A DNA stretch of 62,767 nucleotides from Guillardia theta CCMP2712 (taxonomy: Eukaryota; Protista; Cryptophyta). The position numbers and the translations under genes were made by a program. A model generated the notes under the pieces. It saw nothing but the letters and a program-made list of their open reading frames with translations, had not been told where the DNA came from and ran no database searches. The stretch spans positions 278,457 through 341,223 of the forward strand of contig NW_005434613.1 in the NCBI RefSeq assembly GCF_000315625.1, in the 5' to 3' direction. Of the stretch, positions 54,992 through 62,767 are shown one piece after another. Each line of letters opens with the position of its first letter. Position 1 is the first letter of the stretch.

Positions 54992-55315
54992 ACAAGTTTG
55001 TTAGACTTGTACTAGGCTAGTCCAAAGTCACGTAGATATCACATCGACCTTAGTTGTAACAAGACAGTTTTTGCTCAAGACCGAATTTAATGCACACAAA
55101 ACCAGAATTGAGGAGCACATGAGAGATAGACTGTATGCTAGGATGTGAAACCCAAGCATCCAGACATGAGGACCTTAGCAAGACGGCTAGGAAAGCCCCC
55201 TCTTCCGAAGTTCGTCCCACACGCTACATCGGCCGCCTTGACAAACACGTAAGTTGTCTTGGTTTACAGAAGAGTTTTTGTTAACTCGGCGCTATCTGAC
55301 TGGCACGGCTGGCAT
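54992..55315 (-). repeat. Dispersed repeat copy 2 (inverted homolog of 40092-40419)
   Basis: Reverse complement aligns by eye to copy 1 with scattered substitutions and indels. Confidence 0.9.
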
Positions 55316-55807
55316 ACGTTCCATCCTCCCCCCGAGTTTCTGAAATAGTACGTTACATCGGACGTCAGAAAGTCACACAAACAAGAGAATGTCAGCAGAG
55401 TTCCAAGTCAAGATACGATGATACAACGTCAAGTTCACAGTCATGCTGAGTGGGCAATAACCATTCAAGGATTGTCCGTTCCATGATCTTGACACGTCTC
55501 ACTCAGTCCTCGGACTGGCACTACCGTACTGTATACTAGGCTATCCCGCGGGCCGCACCGTGCTCCAACACTGTGACTGGCCCTCAGAGGGGGCTTGGCA
55601 CTGCATGAATCATAACAGGCGCTGGCATGTCTCAGGCTGTGTCCGATCAGGAGGGTGAGTCTGTGGCGGCGGCCCGGGCCGCCCCGGGCGGCGGGCCGCT
55701 TCGCACAGCCGCGGTCCGAGCACTAGTTGAAACCGGGCCTCAGCCTCGAATTGCCCGCATGTTTGTGGTTTGACCTCTCTTTGTTGCCCGACCATATACT
55801 AAACCTA

Positions 55808-55838
55808 GTCCTCGTCCTCGTCCTCGTCCTCGTCCTCT

Positions 55839-55878
<40 letters not shown>

Positions 55879-55946
55879 GATCCTCGTCCTCGTCCTGATC
55901 CTCGTCCTCGTCCTCGTCCTCGTCCTGATCCTCGTCCTCGTCCTGA

Positions 55947-55981
<35 letters not shown>
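55808..55981. repeat. (CTCGTC)n/(CTGATC) hexanucleotide microsatellite
   Basis: Tandem 6-mers; source of poly-LV/DE/RT ORFs. Confidence 0.93.
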
Positions 55982-56419
55982 TCTCCTTGTTCCGCTTGTT
56001 CTGCTTGTGCTCCTTGTACTCCTTGCCTCCTCCTCACTGCGCAGCCTTCTCCTTTTACCTGTCAATCCTCGTCCCATATGTCCTATCCTCGTCCTCTGGA
56101 TTTTGCAGTGCTTCTGTTCAAGTCCATCCTTTTTTTTTTTTTTCATGATCTCGATCATACTTCTCGTGTTCCTCATCTTTTTGACGAGCTCAAGCTGTCA
56201 CCAACAACACACTTCTGCTCTTACTCTGAAGTGTACTCACCTCCTCACTCTGTTTGTTCACCTTCCCATGTGTAATTGGTATGCAGAGCATCTCTTCAGC
56301 AAGAGGAACTCTACTTGATCTGATCATGTCATCAACTCCTCTTGGGTGTCACTTTGTTCCACTGCCGAGATTGACAATCATGATCGCTGCATTCTCGTGA
56401 CAGACGTTCTCAGGTACAT

Positions 56420-58471
56420 CGGCATGTCGTTCAGCGCTTCCAACGATTCTCTAAGGTCGTTGCAGTCGAAGAGGCAGAAGGAGAGGGCGACGATGAGGTG
56501 GAGGAGTGAAGCAGGAGCTCCTTCATACCTCTCAGCTTCACTGACTGATGTAAACAACAAGTCCGACAGGAAGTCGATTCAAAGATGCGTCCAGACCAAC
56601 GACGGCAGCACTCAGACCTGCGAAGCATTGCTCGACAACTACATCTCCGAGAGGTTCAAGGACTTGAACAAGGTGACTTGTATCATCTTGTTGTCGAGAC
56701 ACTGTTCAAAGTCTACTGACTCTGCTTCCAGGCAGGAGATGCTTGTAACACTCAAACTGACCTCACCACCAAGGCAGAAACTAGCGGACCTCCTGTCCCA
56801 AGTCAACTCAAGTCGATTCTCAAGTGCAGACCAGGAGCCCTTGAGGAGACTTTGGATGAAGTCGACGCGTTCTTAGCGTCCTTGGAGAAAGACGTCTCCT
56901 CTGTATCCGACGACGCGTTCTCTGGGGACGTCAGCCTGATCTTGGACGAAAGCTGCGAAACATGCGGAGCCAGCGGCGACGAAGCCTCGAGCAGCATGTC
57001 GAAACCTCCAACAGCGAGCAAGATAGATGGCAGCTGCTCATCGCACGTCAGGTCAAAGTCGAGGTCACCTGCCAGTATCAAGAAGGAAAGCAGCAAGACT
57101 CTCCTCAACTCCACAGTCTCCTCTCGGTGTGTATGACGATATGCTCGCATTTCATTGTTAGACTGCACTGAACGATGGAGCAGGGGCAAGACTTTGTCGA
57201 GCAATGTCTGCCAGAGATCAAAGGTTTGGACTCTCGGAATGTCGCCATGTGTGAGTGAAGAGTGGTTTCAAACACAGAAGAAGGACAAACAAGAAACGAA
57301 GACTGCTGACAGAAGGCAGAAGAGCGTCAAATGGAATCAGGAAATTGTGAAAGTACTCGAGTACTCCGCTGGAACTGATAGGTATGAAGGAAGGATGGAA
57401 CAGAGAGACGGTGGGAGGGAGGGTTTAGGACAGAAGAAGCAAGAGGAGTAGAGGAGGAGGAAGGGAGGGGTTTGAGGGAGGAAGGAGGAGAGATGGGGGA
57501 GGAGGCATTGGGGGGTTCATGGAGAAACGCATAACGGTCGGTTTCAGCCCTTCAAACAAGTCTATGAGGCAGAGCAGGCAGAGCTTTATCCGAAGTCTCC
57601 TGCAAGCTCCCATCAAAAGATGCAGCAAGAACGTCATAGAAGAAGCAGACAAGGGAGAGTCTGACCAAGAATCTGCTCGCCCTGTATGCATCTACTCCCA
57701 CGTGATGGCTACTGACAACTGATCTAGGGCTCAGACGTCAACAACGCGGGGGACAAGCTGAAGATGCCGAGCAAGAACATGCTCAATACGACAATGAAGA
57801 TCCCCTTGACCTCCATGAAGCTGCCCTTAGACGACATGGCCGAGGCCACTGTGATGGGGTTGAACGAGGAGGCAGCGGCAGAGGACCAGGGCATGTCCAG
57901 CGAGGTTTACGAGGGCCTCCAACTGACCCCATCGAGCTGCGAGGGAGAACAAAGTTTCTTGTGCTCCAGCAGCGACGAACGATCGTTGCTCCCGCAAGGG
58001 AATAAGAACCTTTCTCAGACCGAGAGGCCGGCCAAGGGCCCGTCGGAGCCGCAGGATCTCACGGGCCTCTGCCTGTGGCTGACTCTCCGAGCCGCCATGC
58101 AGCTCTCAGTGCAAAAGCGCTAGGAGCCAAGAGAACAGCACTGCCGTTCGACGTCAGTTACGTTTACTCTTATGTTGAGAATGTATCTTCCAAAGTCACT
58201 CCGAACCTCGCTGCTCATCGGGCCAAGTTGCGGCTCGCGTGTGAACGCTTACTGGTCATCCTTGTCCCCAGAATCGTCAAGGGTCCGGAAGAACCAATCC
58301 CTGCCCACCCGAGCTGCTTTTCAGCTCCCCTCATCACAATTAGCGCAACCCCCCACATCCGTCAAACTACTTGTTGTCCTGCTTCTCCTACACACGCCCG
58401 ACAGCAATAGGTCCCCCGTACTTGAAGGTCGGCTGGACTCCTCCCTCCTGGAAATGGAAGCTTCAGACTGA
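56420..58471 (+). CDS. Hypothetical multi-exon protein (Ser-rich, probably disordered)
   Basis: Consecutive + ORF segments (56346-56876, 56852-57136, 57155-57451, 57764-58123, 58172-58471) separated by short GT-AG-like introns; no recognised motif. Confidence 0.45.
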
Positions 58472-58480
58472 TTGTCTGGA

Positions 58481-59800
58481 TCACAAGAATATCACCCGCA
58501 GCGCAGCGGTGTGCTTGTAGTTGCCTGCCTGACACATCTTTGCACCTAAAAGGAAGTCAATTGCTGTCGCAGGATCCCTCTTCCCCTCCTTCATCTCGTC
58601 GGAACAATAATGTACCCCTCCCAATCCTCCTCCTCCTCCTCCTCCTCCTCATTATCATAGACTCATCATCATATACCGATTCCAACCAAGACCAGGATTG
58701 TTAGACAGACTACAGGCAGGATCCATGGAAGCCTGGCAGAACATCAGCTTGAGCGAGGATGTAGATGTTGGTCGATGTTCACATGTTCATGAAGTAGACG
58801 GCTTCATCTTCCGGCTGAGCCGTGGGCTTGTGTCCAGACGCCTGACAAACTGGATGTGAGGGGCAAGGGGAGCGAGCAAGGGCGGGCACGGACAGTCAAT
58901 TCATCTCCACGATTCTTGCTCTTCTTGGTCAGCTTCTCCTCAGATCTTGCCTTCTTGTCCTCATCGTGCGAATTCTTCTTGTGCTGGCTCTTAACCTGTA
59001 CCCCGCTCACTCCACTCTCTCGACATCGCCATGATAAATCGCACCTTGTCGAACTTCTTCACAAACGCTGATTTGACAGACTGTACCAAGAAGAGTTACA
59101 TCTCCAGCAGCATCACTTGCCTTCTCTCAACGCACAGGATTCGTGATGTCTTCCCGGAGGGACTGCGTGTGTTGGGTACGGGCGCTCTTCAAACCCTTCT
59201 CCACTAGCAGAGGGGAACCTCCGATTTGCTGGGCCACTTGGAATAGGACAAAAATCAACACCAACCTTGAATAGCAAAGTTTCATGTTCTCCAGCACGTT
59301 CAAGGTTAAATAGGAGAGTCCTCAAGCTTTGGCGTGAAGTCAACAACCCCTGTCAAGGCCAAAAGTCAATTTCATCTCCCACGATCGCGCGAGGACCCTC
59401 AACTCTTTCATATTAGATCTGCAATGCCTTTCTCCTTATGCACCCTCCCTCTCATTCACTTTCTCTTCTGATCACTTGCACGGGACCATACATATGCCAC
59501 TGATAGAGGACGCTGACGCTATCCGTCATTCTACTTGGAGTGCTTCCGCTCTTTTGGGGAAGTACCCCACCTCGCAATGCTTCCCATACTTTCACAGACC
59601 TCAGCAGTGCCTGTACATTCTCCTTCTCCTTGCTGCCTACCAAAGTTTCTCGTCCTCTCCTTTGATCCTCCCATTCCTGCGCCCTTGCCTATCCCTTACG
59701 GCCCCTCCAACCCTCGATCCCTGGCTTCGTCCCTGCACGAAGCAGCAAGACACCAAGAGGACAACTAGGTGAAGCGGTCTTGTCTTTTCAGTCTTTACCT
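58481..59800 (-). CDS. Hypothetical multi-exon membrane protein
   Basis: Signal-like LHLVVLLVSCCFVQG, several short exons, late TM LPWILPVVCLTILVLVGI; no recognised family. Confidence 0.35.
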
Positions 59801-60009
59801 CCTTCCCTCCCCTTCCTCTGCCTCCTCTCCTGTCTCCTCCGATCTCCTTCCCCTCACCGCCCTCCTCCCTCCTCCGCTCCCCCCGCATTGTGTGGCGACG
59901 TGGCTGATCGAGACGGATGGAACCACAAATGATGGGTGACCTTTGATGGTATGAGCGGGGATGAGGACCGTCTTGTGCGTGGTGTGCTGGATGAGGGTTT
60001 TGAGCGGGG

Positions 60010-62767
60010 ATGAGGGCAGACGGGGGCCGCTGGGCGGATTTTCGGCACATGCTGTTGCGAGGGACAGGCAGGCGGCTCCTGAGTCATGGGAGGGGGGAGG
60101 GGGCGGGAGCGCCCTTCATGCACGCCTTCAACAAGACATCGCCAGGTGAGGAGGAGAGAGGACATGGCAGGAGAGTAGGAGGGGAGGACGAGGGAGCTTG
60201 CTGGAGTGGAAAACTTTCCAGCAATGGGGTGGTGCTGAAATCGAAGACGAGGCTTCAATGCTGGCTGGTGACGTAAAAACAGGCAAACCCCCTAAGGTTC
60301 ATGTAAGAGGAGAAGGAGTCTATGTGTACGATCAGGTACCTTGTGCTTGATCGGGCCAGGAGAGAGCAGGGGAGATGACGATGTACCTTGTTGCAGGAGG
60401 GAAACAAGCTCCTGGATGGGCTAGCAGGGTTGTGGTCGGTATCCCTCGGGTACAGCCAGACGCGGATCGTGGAGGCAGCAGGAAGGCAGATGGCGAAGTT
60501 GCCTTACTACCACACATTCTGGAATCAAGGGCACGATGTGGGCTACGAGCTCGCGGCGAGGCTGCAGGAGTTTATCCCTTGCCCTGTAGAGAAGATCGCG
60601 TTCACCAGCGGAGGTTCGGATGCCAACGATACCGCAATCAAGCTAGTGTGGTACTACAACAATGCTCTAGGAAGGCAGGGGAAGAAGAAGGTATCCTGTT
60701 GCTCTTGCTCTTGCTCTTGCTCTTGCTCCTGCTCGTGCTCCTGTACTTGCTGTACCTTGTACCTGCTGTTGCTACTGCATCCTTGTACAACCCTTTTGCT
60801 CGATTCTTGTTTCTCTTCCCACGTCCTTACCAACCTTGTTCGACTTCACTGATGGCTGGTACACAAAGGAAGCATGCACTGACTTTCACTCAGATCATCG
60901 CAAGGAACAAGGCATACCACGGAGTCACCGCTCTTGCCGCTTCGCTGTCTGGACTTCCGGTCTGACTTGTTTCATTCCTCCCTCCTCATATCTCTTCCTC
61001 CTATTCGCTCTCCTCTCCTCTTCTTCACTCTCCTCCTTGTCGCCCTTCCATCCTCATCAAGGATACAGGGGCTTCACTCCAACTTTGGAGCGTCTGCCGC
61101 GCAGAACCTTCCTCTCCCGGGCTTCCTGCATGTCACCTGCCCTCACATGTATCGCTTCGCCAAGGAGGAATGAAATTCTCCCTCCTCCGCGCGATCTGAC
61201 GTGACTCCGAGACAGGCAGAGAGCGAGGAACAGTTTTCAAGCCGCCTGGCGAAGGAGTTGGAGGAGAAGATTCAGCATGAGGGGCCGGAGACGGTAAGAA
61301 GAGGATAGAGGAGAGTCAGGAGGAGGACCTCAGCCTAACTTGCGCCTGTTCAGGTTGCTGCTGTCATTGCAGAGCCGTTGATGGGAGCAGGAGGGGTCAT
61401 GCCTCCTCCTGTGGGATACTTGAAGAAAGTCAGAGAGATCTGTTCCCGGCACGACGTGCTGATGATCTCGGATGAGGTGAGGACACGAGGGTGGCGAGGG
61501 GAGGAGGGGAGGAGGGGAGGAGGGAAGGAGGTTGGATGGAGGAGGGGAGGAGAGGAGGAGAAAGGAATGTTGTTGGGCAACACTTGAAGGGGAAGGGGAA
61601 GGGGAAGGGGAAGGGGAAGGGGAAGGGGAAGGGGGAGGGGAAGGTAGGGGGGAGGGGGGAGGGGGAGAAGAATCAGGTCAGCACTGGGCAGAAAGGGTAG
61701 AAGATGGCAGGAAGAATGAGACTTGTTGAAGTAACAAACTGCTTCATGTCCTCGAGAACTTCTCACTGCCTGTGCTACCTGCAGGTTGTCTGCGGGTTCG
61801 GTCGATTGGGAGAAGATTTCGGTTTTCAGGTCGGTGAATCAGAGCAGAGGAGAGAGTCGTGGGAGGAGGGAAAAGGGAGGAGGGAAAAGGGAGGAGGGAA
61901 AAGGGAGGAGGGAGGAGGGAGGAGGGAGGAGGGAGGAGGGAGGAGGGAGGAGGGAGGAGGAGAATTTCATCTGATGCGAAATTGAGTAGAAGTACGGTTT
62001 TGTTCCGGACATCATCACCATGGCAAAGGTCGACATTTGACACCATCGAGCATGACATGATTGTTTTGTATCTCATCCTTCGTCTATGTACTCTTTCTCT
62101 TTCTCCCTTTGATTCTCTTGATGACTCTGTTGCGAGCTACTTCTTTTTCACACGATTCTCTAGTTTCTCCTCCCTCATAATCATCTTCCTCTTGTTGACC
62201 TTCTTCTCCTCCACCCCCTGCCTCTTGTTTCATCAACTCAATCACAATGATCATGATCACCATGATCATCTCCACCATGGACAAGATCTTCATCTTATCT
62301 TTCTCTTCATCTTATCTTTCTCTTCATCTCGCAATGTTAACTTCTCTTCATCGCGCAGGCTCTGACATCCAGCTATGCTCCGATGGGAGCCGTTGCTGTC
62401 TCCCCGTCAGTCGTGAGCTTCTCATTCAGTGCACAACCCCTTCACTTCTCCATTCGAAATTTCAGTTCCTTTGTCCAGTTGCTTCTCATCCTGCTGACCC
62501 TTTTCCTATCCTCTCCCTCGCTCACTCCCCCCCTCTCCCCTTTTCTCGCACTCCCTCGCTCACTCCCCCCCTCTCCTCCAACCCTCTCGCCCTCCCTCCC
62601 TCCCTCCTCTCACCCCTGACCTCTCCATTTCGATTATCTGTCCTGTCTTGTCTCCCCTCGCTCTTCTCAAATCTTCTGCAGTCGAAAGTCTTGGCTGATG
62701 GGAGCGATTCATCGCTTCTCGGTCACGGATACACTTTTGGAGCTCACCCTGTCAGGTTCAGCTCCCT
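60010..62767 (+). CDS. Class-III PLP aminotransferase (omega-amino acid/GABA:pyruvate type), multi-exon, runs off window
   Basis: [61 protein letters not shown]|[17 protein letters not shown]|[11 protein letters not shown] (PLP lysine), [10 protein letters not shown]. Confidence 0.92.

Noticed and set aside
55723-56275. Poly-LV / poly-DE / poly-RT ORFs
   Set aside because: Derived from the CTCGTC microsatellite with no supporting gene structure, though a small acidic exon cannot be fully excluded.

Overview
Eukaryotic nuclear scaffold segment, not prokaryotic: ~45-60-nt spliceosomal introns, many microsatellites and an N-gap at 2732-3575. Intron style, signal-peptide+'SAF' and signal-peptide+'LRGG' leaders and RRLL-type surface proteins point to a cryptophyte-like alga with a secondary plastid (Guillardia/Hanusia-like; inference). 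Genes, in order: MDP-1-like phosphatase 3' end; plastid-targeted Trp/Tyr-permease-family transporter; giant Cys-rich/IPT/REJ/GPS-like single-pass surface protein A; RIO1 kinase; alpha/beta hydrolase; C2+GST multidomain gene; cysteinyl-tRNA synthetase; paralogous giant surface protein B (~4,550 aa, with three homogenized 150-bp coding arrays); RING-H2/EF-hand protein; SAM methyltransferase; C2+PDZ gene; importin-7/8-like gene; two hypothetical genes; class-III PLP aminotransferase (partial). Main highlights: (1) each GC-rich 150-bp array in protein B has an A-rich 5' flank and a T-rich 3' flank, suggesting a strand-asymmetric mutational process centred on the repeats; (2) the array variants seen are all non-synonymous and one toggles an N-glycosylation sequon; (3) the importin has a spliced-in signal peptide+LRGG leader (candidate periplastid/nucleomorph karyopherin) and an RWD-like tail; (4) strand-polarised G-rich/C-rich patches beside palindrome-dense GC cores in intergenic DNA; (5) an inverted ~330-bp dispersed repeat pair and a LINE-like 3' fragment. 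Gene models were spliced by eye and no database searches were run.
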